A stretch of DNA of 64,000 nucleotides. Source: Candidatus Obscuribacteraceae bacterium. GTDB lineage: Bacteria > Cyanobacteriota > Vampirovibrionia > Obscuribacterales > Obscuribacteraceae. Positions 20,661 through 29,309 of the stretch are shown piece after piece. The notes under the pieces are model-generated. The model worked only from the letters and a program-made list of their open reading frames with translations. It was not told the origin of the DNA and made no database searches. The position numbers were made by a program, and so were the translations under genes. The DNA lies in assembly GCA_044226015.1 (NCBI GenBank), contig JBGAHS010000002.1:1-64000 (forward strand). The letters are read 5' to 3'. Within the stretch, counting starts at the first letter, position 1; each line of letters opens with the position of its first letter.

Positions 20661-21199
20661 TGACAGAGCAAATTTTTCTGCGTGAGCTATCTGCCGAGGA
20701 CGCAGAAGCATTCTTTGAGTTGCGCTTGAAAGGACTGAAAGAAGAGCCCGACGCGTTTACTTCCTCATATGAGGAGAGCTTGTCGGAAGAAATCGCAAGC
20801 GTGCGGTCAAAGATAACAGCAGGTCCAAATTCCTTTGTGGTAGGCGCTTTCGATGGCACCCGACTAATCGGGGTGACCGGGCTTTATCGCTACAAAGAAA
20901 GCACGAAAGTGGCTCACAAAGCCGTTCTCTGGGGCGTATACTTGTTGCCGGAATATCGTGGAAAGGGCATCGCCAAGAAGGTTTTGCGTACCGTTTTAGA
21001 AAAAGCACGCACCCTTGCTGGCATTGAGCTGGTTCATCTGGGAGTGAATCCCGCCAATAAACCTGTGGTCAAACTATATGAGTCGGTTGGTTTCACCAAG
21101 TGGGGCGAAGAGAAGCATGCTCTCAAAATTAACGGTCGATACGTTGACGAAGATCAGATGGTTTTATGGTTAGACCAGAACATTGATGGTCTTGCTTGA
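20660..21199 (+). CDS. GNAT family N-acetyltransferase
   Basis: VYLLPEYRGKGIA acetyl-CoA motif and LYESVGF; TAATG overlap with the upstream gene. Confidence 0.92.
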   Translation: MTEQIFLRELSAEDAEAFFELRLKGLKEEPDAFTSSYEESLSEEIASVRSKITAGPNSFVVGAFDGTRLIGVTGLYRYKESTKVAHKAVLWGVYLLPEYRGKGIAKKVLRTVLEKARTLAGIELVHLGVNPANKPVVKLYESVGFTKWGEEKHALKINGRYVDEDQMVLWLDQNIDGLA

Positions 21200-21316
21200 A
21201 AAAGTCTGCAATTAATGTAACAAGGCACGGAAAGTTGGCAAGTGTCGACTAGGCGGGTATTCTAATACTCAGCTATGATGAGATCGGTCAAATCTTTGCG
21301 AAAGGCCAACCGTTGG

Positions 21317-22354
21317 ATGAAAGCATGCCCAGAATGCCAGGCTGAACTGGAAGATTTTGAAATTGCCTGCCATAAATGCGGCCAGGTCACTTCGAGCCAA
21401 ACGTCCATTCATATATCAGACATAGCGCCGTCCAAGACAGAACTTTCGGAAGGCTATCAAAGTTGGATGCGCAGAAGTCGAGAGTGCATCGAAACTGGCT
21501 CTCTCGATGAAGCCAGCAATGCTCTTCGAGAAGCAATCAAACGTAGTCGCGTTTTAGACGACCCCCTCGAAAAGGAGATCGAAGCCAGAAAGTGCCTGGC
21601 AGAAGTGCTTGAGAGACTCGGAAAAGCACCGGAAGCCGCCGATCAATACAGAATTATTGCTCAGGAAAGTAGCTCACCCGCTCTAAGAGAACACTGGCTG
21701 AAAAAATCGCAAGATTTGCTTGCCAGTTCAAGCTTGTCTTTTGACGAACTCTTCAAGAAAGAAGATTTTCGACTCTTGCTCGACGAAGAGATACGCTATG
21801 TTCCACTCTACTGCAAAGGCTGCAAACGCTTGCTGGCTGAGGCAGAAGTCTATGGCTTCCGCAGAGGTTTGTCCCCAGAAGTAAGGTGCTGGTGCGGAAC
21901 AGCAGATCGCCCGCTGGCGAAAGATGATGCAAGGCATGCTGCAGCAGTGAATGCAGGGCTGTCCATGAGCAGCACGGAAAGAGCCCGAGCAATTCAAATT
22001 GCAGGCGTGGACCTTGATAGTGGCAAGAAGAAATCAACCGCTTTCTTGCTTGCTTTGTTTTTAGGCTGGTGCGGTGCACACAAGTTCTATCTCGGCGAAA
22101 GAATGTCCGGGTGGATCTATGTTTTCTGGTTCTGGACCTTTGTTCCCCTGCTTCTCTCAATGTATGAAGCATTGACGCTGGCTCAAATGAGTCTCGTCTC
22201 TTTCAACATGACATACAACCTTGATGTTATTTTGACCATTATTATTCCGGACGAACAAACCGGGGAAGCCAAACTTGACGTATTCTCTCTCGACAGCAAC
22301 GACGATACTTCCCCTGAGGTAGCACAAAATGGCACTAGCAGAAAAGAAATGTGA
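21317..22354 (+). CDS. Zinc-ribbon / TPR-like / TM2-domain protein
   Basis: CPEC...CHKCG zinc ribbon; second CKGC...CWC; KKKSTAFLLALFLGWCGAHKFYLG TM2 signature. Confidence 0.8.
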   Translation: MKACPECQAELEDFEIACHKCGQVTSSQTSIHISDIAPSKTELSEGYQSWMRRSRECIETGSLDEASNALREAIKRSRVLDDPLEKEIEARKCLAEVLERLGKAPEAADQYRIIAQESSSPALREHWLKKSQDLLASSSLSFDELFKKEDFRLLLDEEIRYVPLYCKGCKRLLAEAEVYGFRRGLSPEVRCWCGTADRPLAKDDARHAAAVNAGLSMSSTERARAIQIAGVDLDSGKKKSTAFLLALFLGWCGAHKFYLGERMSGWIYVFWFWTFVPLLLSMYEALTLAQMSLVSFNMTYNLDVILTIIIPDEQTGEAKLDVFSLDSNDDTSPEVAQNGTSRKEM

Positions 22355-22655
22355 GGCTTGCATCTCTGCAAAGCGCTCTTTGACCCGCCCTGAATTTGAA
22401 GAGTTAGCGAATCAAATTCATGAATGGGAAATCGTGAATGATCACCACCTGCTCAAATCATTCAAAACATCGAACTTTGGCGAAGCACTTCAGCTTGCAA
22501 ACGATGTGGGGAAACTAGCAGATGAAGAAGGGCATCACCCTGATTTACTCGTACGCTGGGGTGAGCTTCGCATTGAACTCTGGACCCACAAAGTTGACGG
22601 TCTGACGGAAGCAGATTTTGTACTTGCAGCAAAGATAGATCGCATTCGCCAATAG
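22329..22655 (+). CDS. phhB: Pterin-4-alpha-carbinolamine dehydratase
   Basis: EGHHPDL, WTHKVDGLTEADFVLAAKID. Confidence 0.93.
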   Translation: MALAEKKCEACISAKRSLTRPEFEELANQIHEWEIVNDHHLLKSFKTSNFGEALQLANDVGKLADEEGHHPDLLVRWGELRIELWTHKVDGLTEADFVLAAKIDRIRQ

Positions 22656-22702
22656 TTCCGAAGAAACGCCGCACCATATATGGTGCAAAAGGTGAACAAC
22701 GC

Positions 22703-23329
22703 ATGGAAAGCTATTACAACATCATTCTTATCGCCCTTGGAACTTTATTGCTTGTATTTACACTGAAGCGAGAGCAAAACCAGCACCTCCCGAAATTACA
22801 AAGAGAACCAGCCAACGATGCTGAGTTCAACAGCGAAATTCAGCAGCTTTTGAGCCAATCGAAGAAAATCGAAGCTATTAAGTTGACACGCAAATATAAG
22901 AACATGGACCTGAAGAGTGCCAAGATTTACGTTGAATCACTTCAGGCGCCAGGAGGCAGTTTCAATCAAGGAATTGCGAACACCCAGAGAAATCCAAACG
23001 CCGAGCTGAATCTCAGCGAGTTCACCTCAACCTTAACACCAGAATTGAAATCGAAATTCGAAGAGCTAACACGAAGCGGAAATAGTATGGACGCCATCAA
23101 GCTGCTAGTGACTCGAGATGGCATGGGGTTCAAAGAAGCGAAACAACTTGCTGATGCGTACCTTGCTTATCTCAAGACAGCCCCTTCTGACATCAACAAC
23201 CAGGACGTAAGAAATTTATTGCGCCAGGGCAAAAAGATTGACGCTATAAAGGCGCTTCGCAGTCAGAGAGGTATAGGACTGCAAGAGGCTATGGCAGAAC
23301 TAGAGCGCATCGAAAGAGAAATGCGCTAA
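22703..23329 (+). CDS. Membrane-anchored protein with three ribosomal L7/L12 C-terminal-like repeats
   Basis: N-terminal TM; KKIEAIK...DLKSAK, MDAIK...GFKEAK, KKIDAIK...GLQEA. Confidence 0.7.
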   Translation: MESYYNIILIALGTLLLVFTLKREQNQHLPKLQREPANDAEFNSEIQQLLSQSKKIEAIKLTRKYKNMDLKSAKIYVESLQAPGGSFNQGIANTQRNPNAELNLSEFTSTLTPELKSKFEELTRSGNSMDAIKLLVTRDGMGFKEAKQLADAYLAYLKTAPSDINNQDVRNLLRQGKKIDAIKALRSQRGIGLQEAMAELERIEREMR

Positions 23330-23369
23330 TTGATTTCTCGCACTTTTTGGCATGAAACAATCTTAATGG

Positions 23370-23402
23370 CACGTGAAAATCACGTGAAGTTTCGATCGAA
23401 AC
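23370..23402. promoter_or_regulatory. Candidate regulator site: CACGTGAA direct repeat (11-bp period) followed by the palindrome GTTTCGATCGAAAC
   Basis: CACGTGAA at 23370 and 23381; perfect 14-bp palindrome at 23389-23402; upstream of the opine dehydrogenase. Confidence 0.4.
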
Positions 23403-23552
23403 ACTGATTGTGAGCCAAGCCTAGAGGGAAAGTACTGCCGTGTCTAAGTTCAGAATTAATTGGATATAGATGAACAGCATCCCTAATATGATGATTAAGC
23501 TCCCCGCATCTCCCGCGCGAAAGCGCCAAGAAAGGTTCTTTTCAAAAAGAGC

Positions 23553-24695
23553 ATGCATACGCTTCCTCAATCACAGATTCAATCAGCTGCAGCAGCAATC
23601 TCAAAAAATGCGGCAAGAGCAACATCCATCAACACGGGTGTAATCGGCACTGGAAATTGCGCCCGAGCCCTGGCAGCATATTTGAGCAGTCAAAAACACT
23701 TCGTGCATTTCTTAGGTCGCACGAATGAGAAGCTAAGATTTCTGGGCAGTGAGCCACAAGTCATCGCGGAAGGCAAAGTTGAAGGCACCTTTCCAGTGAG
23801 GACTTTCGGCTGCGATGCAGCTGAATTTTGTGCAAACAGCGAAGTGATTTTTGTTGCAACCATAACCTCAGCATACGCTGAGATTGCAGCGAGACTGGCT
23901 CCGCACCTGAATCAAAAACACAAAATCATTCTATTCTCCTCCAAGTTGTGCGGCACCCTCTTATTCGAGGAAGCTATAAAAGCAGCTGGTGGAGTCGTTC
24001 CTGACGTGATTGAAACCGACGCTTTGTTTGCAGCCCGGGTTAAGGAAGAAGAGAATTCCATCTGGATAAGAGGTTTCAAGCAGTGGACTCTGTTTTCCTC
24101 GCGCACCAGAAGCAAAACGAAACAAGATGCTGAGATTCTGCAGCAATTCTTTCCTAAGCTGAGCCCGGCAAACAACATTATTCAGCGAGGTCTCACAGAC
24201 TTCGGCGCAGTAGCGCATGCTCCTATCGCACTCGCGAATATGAACCTCATCTCACGACAAGCCCCTTTCTACTTTTACTATGAGGGCATGACTGAAGAAA
24301 CAATACGTTTACTCGAAGCAGTCGAACACGAGTTTCGACTAATTGCAGAGGCTTACGGAAGCGAACTAATCGAGATGAAAGAATTGCTCAATCAATACTA
24401 TGGTTGTGAAACGTCTTCTCTTTATTCCGCGATGACATCGGTACCAAATTATAGATACAGCCAGGGTCCCTCAAGTTTGCAACATCGTTTTCTACATGAG
24501 GACATTTGCTCTTCTCTAGTACCAGCTCGCCAACTTGCAGCGCTCGCGCGCGTGAAGACACCCATGCTTGATTCTCTCGTAAACATGGTTTCTATATTGA
24601 CTTGCAGAGATCTGGAAAAAGAAGGTCGAAGCCTTCAAGATTTGGGACTCGAAGGAATGAGCTACGAACAAGTCTACGATTATGTCAACAGCTAA
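23553..24695 (+). CDS. NAD/NADP-dependent opine (octopine/nopaline-type) dehydrogenase family protein
   Basis: GVIGTGNCARALAAYL Rossmann motif; ETDALFAAR, AVAHAP, FYFYYEG, HRFLHEDI, VKTPMLDSLV. Confidence 0.85.
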   Translation: MHTLPQSQIQSAAAAISKNAARATSINTGVIGTGNCARALAAYLSSQKHFVHFLGRTNEKLRFLGSEPQVIAEGKVEGTFPVRTFGCDAAEFCANSEVIFVATITSAYAEIAARLAPHLNQKHKIILFSSKLCGTLLFEEAIKAAGGVVPDVIETDALFAARVKEEENSIWIRGFKQWTLFSSRTRSKTKQDAEILQQFFPKLSPANNIIQRGLTDFGAVAHAPIALANMNLISRQAPFYFYYEGMTEETIRLLEAVEHEFRLIAEAYGSELIEMKELLNQYYGCETSSLYSAMTSVPNYRYSQGPSSLQHRFLHEDICSSLVPARQLAALARVKTPMLDSLVNMVSILTCRDLEKEGRSLQDLGLEGMSYEQVYDYVNS

Positions 24696-25704
24696 TTCTG
24701 ACTCTTCGATTTCAACTATTGCGACTGGCTCTTCAATTGCAAAGCCGATGCCGCTGGCAGCCGAGATGCAGGACGCAGCAAGCAACAGCGCCGTGAATAA
24801 TGATAGCGCCGACGAAAAACATCCACTTATGAGCTCTAGCTCTGCCGGAACCTTCTGGATTTTGGCAACTTTAATTGGGGCAAGCATTGAGCCGATTATC
24901 GTGAAGTTTGGCTATGCAGCAAATTGTTCTCCGTGGCAACTACTGTGCATCAAAAGCATTGTAAGCGCACTGGTTATATGGCCAATTACACGCCAGAAAA
25001 CCTGGGTTGGTCTTAGCGGGCTGCTACAAATTCTTCCAGTAGCATCACTTTTACTTTGCACCGGCACTCTGGTTTTACTGTCGCTTCAGTACATTCAAGC
25101 AAGCATGCTAATCACGATTGTGACAGTGACACCAGCTGCGGTAGCACTAGTAAATCAAGCCCTTGGCAGAGACATACTAGGTCCAAAATTTTGGATTGGC
25201 TTCTGCATGTGTGCCGCTGGTATTTTACTAACCACAGGAAACTATGGTGCACTTCACCCGCTGGGTATCGCGCTTGCCTTTGCTGCTGTGCTGAGTTCAA
25301 CCACTTATCGAGTTTTACTTGAGAAAGTAACCCGCATACATAAGCCAGCCGTGGTATCCACCTACATATTTCTGATCAACGGAATTTGCTTGCTGCCTGT
25401 TTTGCCATTCATTGCTCCGGGGCTGCCTACAAACATTCTTGCAAGCGGTGTCTGGCTAGGCATCGCAGCAGCAGTCGCTAACGTGTCCTTCCTGTATGCA
25501 ATTTCAATTCTAGGCTCAACTCGAGTATCCATCATTACGATGCTCGAGCGTCCAATCGTAATCGGCATCGCTGCTGTCGTTTTGAAAGAATGCCTGAGCC
25601 CGTTACAAATCGCAGGTATTATTCTCGTCATTGCTGGAGTTCAACTTGCCAAAGTCAAACGAAAACAGCAGCTTATCTCAACTAATTCGCATCCGAAGGC
25701 GTAG
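24682..25704 (+). CDS. EamA/DMT family transporter
   Basis: About 10 TM helices in two repeats; LERPIVIGIAAVVLKECLSPLQIAGIILVIAGV ending; overlaps the upstream gene by 14 bp. Confidence 0.88.
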   Translation: MSTANSDSSISTIATGSSIAKPMPLAAEMQDAASNSAVNNDSADEKHPLMSSSSAGTFWILATLIGASIEPIIVKFGYAANCSPWQLLCIKSIVSALVIWPITRQKTWVGLSGLLQILPVASLLLCTGTLVLLSLQYIQASMLITIVTVTPAAVALVNQALGRDILGPKFWIGFCMCAAGILLTTGNYGALHPLGIALAFAAVLSSTTYRVLLEKVTRIHKPAVVSTYIFLINGICLLPVLPFIAPGLPTNILASGVWLGIAAAVANVSFLYAISILGSTRVSIITMLERPIVIGIAAVVLKECLSPLQIAGIILVIAGVQLAKVKRKQQLISTNSHPKA

Positions 25705-26791
25705 CGGCTCCGCCACCCTTCAACGTTTGAGCCTTGGCTTCGAGAGCCAGAGCCTCGTCCTCTCTGTCTGCCTTGCGCAGGAAATCAGCGTAGCTTTCCA
25801 TGTCCTTCACAAGGTCGCCAGTAGCATTTGGCAGCTTCTCATCAATTTCAATGGACTTCTTGTAATAGGTTTCCGCTTCAGCGGTCTTGCTTGCAGCCTT
25901 GTAGAACTTGGCCAGGCTTCTATATGAACGAACAAGCACAGCCTCTCTTACGTTTGCCTTCTGATTGATTTCCAAAGCACGTTTGTAGCAAGACTCAGCC
26001 TCATCAAACTTGTTCAGTGCTTTGTAAGTGTTTCCCAAATTGCTCAAACAAGCGACTAACTCTGTGCTTTCCTTGCCATGTTTTTTCTCGAGTATGGCCA
26101 ATGCTTTTTTCTCAGGCTCTTCAGAATCAGCTGCTCTCTTTGCTGAACGATAGAATGTAGCAAGATTATCGAGGGCAATTGCAAGCTGCGTTGAATTTGG
26201 ACTGTTCTTCTCATTGATGCTAACAATTCTCTTGTAAGCGGACTCCGCTTCGCTGAGCTTCGACTCTGTTTTGTACAATTGAGCAAGATTTGAAAGTTCA
26301 GTAAGCAAATTAGAATTGGATGCTCCATAGGTCTTCTCATCTATGGATAGAGCCCTCACCATCAAGCTTTCGGCTTCGCCCAGATTATTAGTCTTGTAAT
26401 AGTGAGACGCGAGATTATTCAAACATCCGGCAAGATTGCTCGAACAATTCTGCCCTCCGGCTTTCTCAGCCAGTCCGACGGCTTGCTTGTAGTAGGACTC
26501 AGCAAGACCACTGTTGTTTTGCCGACTGTAGATTTCACCAAGATTTGACAAACTCTCGATGCGATGAGAGTCCATGGGAGGCAGTTTCTTGCTCACTTCC
26601 AGGGCCGCCTTGAACTTTAGTTCCGCCTCTTGCAGTTTTCCTGCGTTTAAGGCAGCTTTGCCTGCGTTGTCAATTTTCTCCCATTCGGAAACAACCGTAG
26701 ACTGTGCAAATGCAGGGCTCAAACAAAAGCCGACACCTATTACAGAGGCTAAAATAATTCGTTTCACAGGCGGGTCCTCAGCAAACACCAT
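25682..26791 (-). CDS. Secreted TPR-repeat protein
   Basis: Signal peptide ...LSPAFA-Q; repeated LNNLA..Y...EAE..Y..AL units. Confidence 0.88.
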   Translation of the reverse strand: MVFAEDPPVKRIILASVIGVGFCLSPAFAQSTVVSEWEKIDNAGKAALNAGKLQEAELKFKAALEVSKKLPPMDSHRIESLSNLGEIYSRQNNSGLAESYYKQAVGLAEKAGGQNCSSNLAGCLNNLASHYYKTNNLGEAESLMVRALSIDEKTYGASNSNLLTELSNLAQLYKTESKLSEAESAYKRIVSINEKNSPNSTQLAIALDNLATFYRSAKRAADSEEPEKKALAILEKKHGKESTELVACLSNLGNTYKALNKFDEAESCYKRALEINQKANVREAVLVRSYRSLAKFYKAASKTAEAETYYKKSIEIDEKLPNATGDLVKDMESYADFLRKADREDEALALEAKAQTLKGGGAATPSDAN

Positions 26792-26864
26792 TTATTTGCT
26801 TACCCGATTGCGAACGAAAGAACACTCTCCCTCATGCGCCTGTTAATAAAATTCACTAGATAGC

Positions 26865-29117
26865 TTATTCTCTCGAAAGAGGTGTAAACAGAATAAGAAC
26901 TTTGTTCAGGTCCGCGGCTGTTGGGTCGAGCTTTCTGGCATTTTGATAATAGTAGTTTGCCTTATCGAAATGGTTGCGAGAAGCAGCAGGGGTTGATTCC
27001 GCCTCGCCGAATGCTAGATGAATCATGGCGAGATCTCGATTTATTTTAGCCTTGAATTTGGGGTCACTGTCTTTCAAAGTCTGCTCATACTGAGCGAGAT
27101 TTTCACCGAAGGTTTTCATGTCTTCAGTATTCCAACGAACCTTACTGGCAATGTCTTTGTAGACGGCTTTAATATCATGCTCGCCATAAATCTTGTTTAG
27201 CGACTGAGTTGAAGAATCTTGCAAGCGAGTGAGCTGAGCAATGTAAGCATCGTCAATGACACCACTTTCAATACTACGTCCTTTGTTCTCTTTTGCTAGC
27301 TTTATGGCGTCACCCAGGTTACCAGCGGCTGCACGAATGTACGAACTTGCCTGACCGCCAAGGTCATAATCTAAGCCCGCGCCAATCGTTATACCGGTTT
27401 TGCTCCACTGATCTCGATCTATCCTGCTGCCTCTAGCAAGAAGGCTATCAGCCTGCCCCATCATCAAAGCAGCCGTGCCTCTATCACGATCAATAGCAGT
27501 TTTGGATGTGGTTGAAGCTTGCCAGTCTTTAATCAATACAGACGACGCAGCATCATTTCTATCTGCCAGGTTTCTCATTTGTTCTTGAGCAAACTGGAAT
27601 CTAGCAAGGGTAGGAGCCTTCATATCAGCATCAACTGATGCAAGAGTTTCATATTGGAAGCGAGGCTCAGTACGTCCCGTCAATTCATATTTCGCGTCGA
27701 AATAATTCCAGGTTTTTCCGAGGGCCCATCCGCCGATGGCAAGCCCGGCACGAATTCTTGTATCTTGCACTGGCATAAGAGCGCCCGCAGTAGCCAACCC
27801 TATTTCAGGCAGACTTGGTCTGGCAAAAGCACTGAAGATGCCGGTAGGTGGACCCATCTGTTTGTCCATCAAATGCGAAACGCCAACCATAGCTAGAGAA
27901 CCGATTACTTTTGTCGGAGTGGAAGCCTTTGAGAGCAATAGCAAAGGCATTCCTATGCCCTGTAGTCCCCAGTGAGCAGAGTTAGACAATTCCGGGCTAT
28001 TTCCCAGAGCTCGGTCCATCAAATTGTCAGCTAGAACAGTGCCAGAAGCTATCAGTAAGCCTTTGCCTATGCCACCAAGCATTGCTTGAGAGCGCGTCGT
28101 AATCGAACTTCGTTCAGCTTGATATAGCATCTGGGTAGCTTGATTTTGCGCAACGCGTCCATGCTCAAGCGCAGTTCCAGCAATTGCACTGTTGCGATTA
28201 GCCTGCCAGAATTCGTCTGCCTGTGCAGCCATTTGCTCAGCATTCACATTGGTGAACAATTTTGTTCGTGCGGCTACCTCGGCTTCAGTGCCTGCATTCA
28301 TGCGAATGTTCGCAGAGCTGAAGAATCTATCTTGTTGTATTAGCTCAACCCGAGACCTATACCATGCAGCTTCTCGTGGGTCTAAGGGCGTTGTAGGAAT
28401 TTCGTTTGCAAGATTATGCATCAGTTCGGTACGAAAACGAACATGCCGATCAAATGTGTGAGCAGCAGCATTAGCGTCAATTTCCAGCCCCGGTATCTTT
28501 GCTTGTATTTCGCTTAAAATAGCAGTTCTTTCAGGGACCAGTCGCTGACTTGGGCTTAGATTGTTTCGCCAGAATGCCGCCAATCCTGTTCTAGATTCAG
28601 GAGCAATGGCGCCAGTATAGATATCAGCGTAGTGTGTTCCAGCACCCATTCCAAGCCCGGTTAACGCGGCCGTAGCGTAGATACTTCTGGCATCGGCATT
28701 GATGTTTACCGATTTACGAGCGTCTTCATCACTCATTCGCGGCGGCTGAATTATGTCAGGTTTTCTAATGGGTCCATCAACCGGTCCTGGACCAGGCGGC
28801 ACCACTGGTGGTACCTTAACATCGCCAGGCATCTGCGGATAAATGCGCGGTTGGTCAGCCCAATGCACACCATAGCCTAAAGGTTTGTCTTCTTTGCTAA
28901 CAGGTTCTTTTGGTTTTGGCACATCGGTGGGCCACCAGTCTTTTGAAGTGGTGTCCCAGGGAAACTTTGGTCTGTTACTCCGAGGTTGCTCGGTAGGGGG
29001 AGGACCTTTCTCTTGCTCGATTTGCGAATTTCTATATGGCCACAGATGCGACCCTGTATCAATCGGCGGCATTGTATTTGACAGTTTGCCTGGTTCGTAC
29101 TCTAATCTATCTGCCAT
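26865..29117 (-). CDS. Large hypothetical protein: Pro-rich N-terminus, Gly-rich hydrophobic helices, helical/TPR-like C-terminus
   Basis: 750-aa ORF; hydrophobic Gly-rich segments such as MLGGIGKGLLIASG, WGLQGIGMPLLLL and AGLAIGGWALG; no signal peptide. Confidence 0.7.
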   Translation of the reverse strand: MADRLEYEPGKLSNTMPPIDTGSHLWPYRNSQIEQEKGPPPTEQPRSNRPKFPWDTTSKDWWPTDVPKPKEPVSKEDKPLGYGVHWADQPRIYPQMPGDVKVPPVVPPGPGPVDGPIRKPDIIQPPRMSDEDARKSVNINADARSIYATAALTGLGMGAGTHYADIYTGAIAPESRTGLAAFWRNNLSPSQRLVPERTAILSEIQAKIPGLEIDANAAAHTFDRHVRFRTELMHNLANEIPTTPLDPREAAWYRSRVELIQQDRFFSSANIRMNAGTEAEVAARTKLFTNVNAEQMAAQADEFWQANRNSAIAGTALEHGRVAQNQATQMLYQAERSSITTRSQAMLGGIGKGLLIASGTVLADNLMDRALGNSPELSNSAHWGLQGIGMPLLLLSKASTPTKVIGSLAMVGVSHLMDKQMGPPTGIFSAFARPSLPEIGLATAGALMPVQDTRIRAGLAIGGWALGKTWNYFDAKYELTGRTEPRFQYETLASVDADMKAPTLARFQFAQEQMRNLADRNDAASSVLIKDWQASTTSKTAIDRDRGTAALMMGQADSLLARGSRIDRDQWSKTGITIGAGLDYDLGGQASSYIRAAAGNLGDAIKLAKENKGRSIESGVIDDAYIAQLTRLQDSSTQSLNKIYGEHDIKAVYKDIASKVRWNTEDMKTFGENLAQYEQTLKDSDPKFKAKINRDLAMIHLAFGEAESTPAASRNHFDKANYYYQNARKLDPTAADLNKVLILFTPLSRE

Positions 29118-29281
29118 CGTGACCTGATACTTCTACATCAACATATACATCCCCTACTTTAGTTTTCGAGAGCGAATCTGAAAATACGTAATTTCCGGCA
29201 GTTTCCGATCTTCCCGGTTCGATGATAAACCTTCGTTTCAACTGAATTTCAAAATTGCTCTTTAGCATGCTCAAAGAACCT

Positions 29282-29292
29282 CCCCCCCCCCC
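29282..29292 (+). repeat. C11 homopolymer tract 17 nt upstream of the ATG at 29310
   Basis: ACCT-CCCCCCCCCCC-GCGAACAGAAGGTCTCTATG read directly. Confidence 0.9.
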
Positions 29293-29309
29293 GCGAACAG
29301 AAGGTCTCT

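Noticed and set aside
22703..23329. Calling this gene rplL
   Set aside because: It has a TM anchor and three repeats, lacks the L7/L12 N-terminal dimerisation domain, and is not in a ribosomal operon.
23553..25704. Calling this a staphylopine/pseudopaline (cnt) locus
   Set aside because: No nicotianamine synthase, importer or clear Fur/Zur box; motifs fit the classical octopine-dehydrogenase family.
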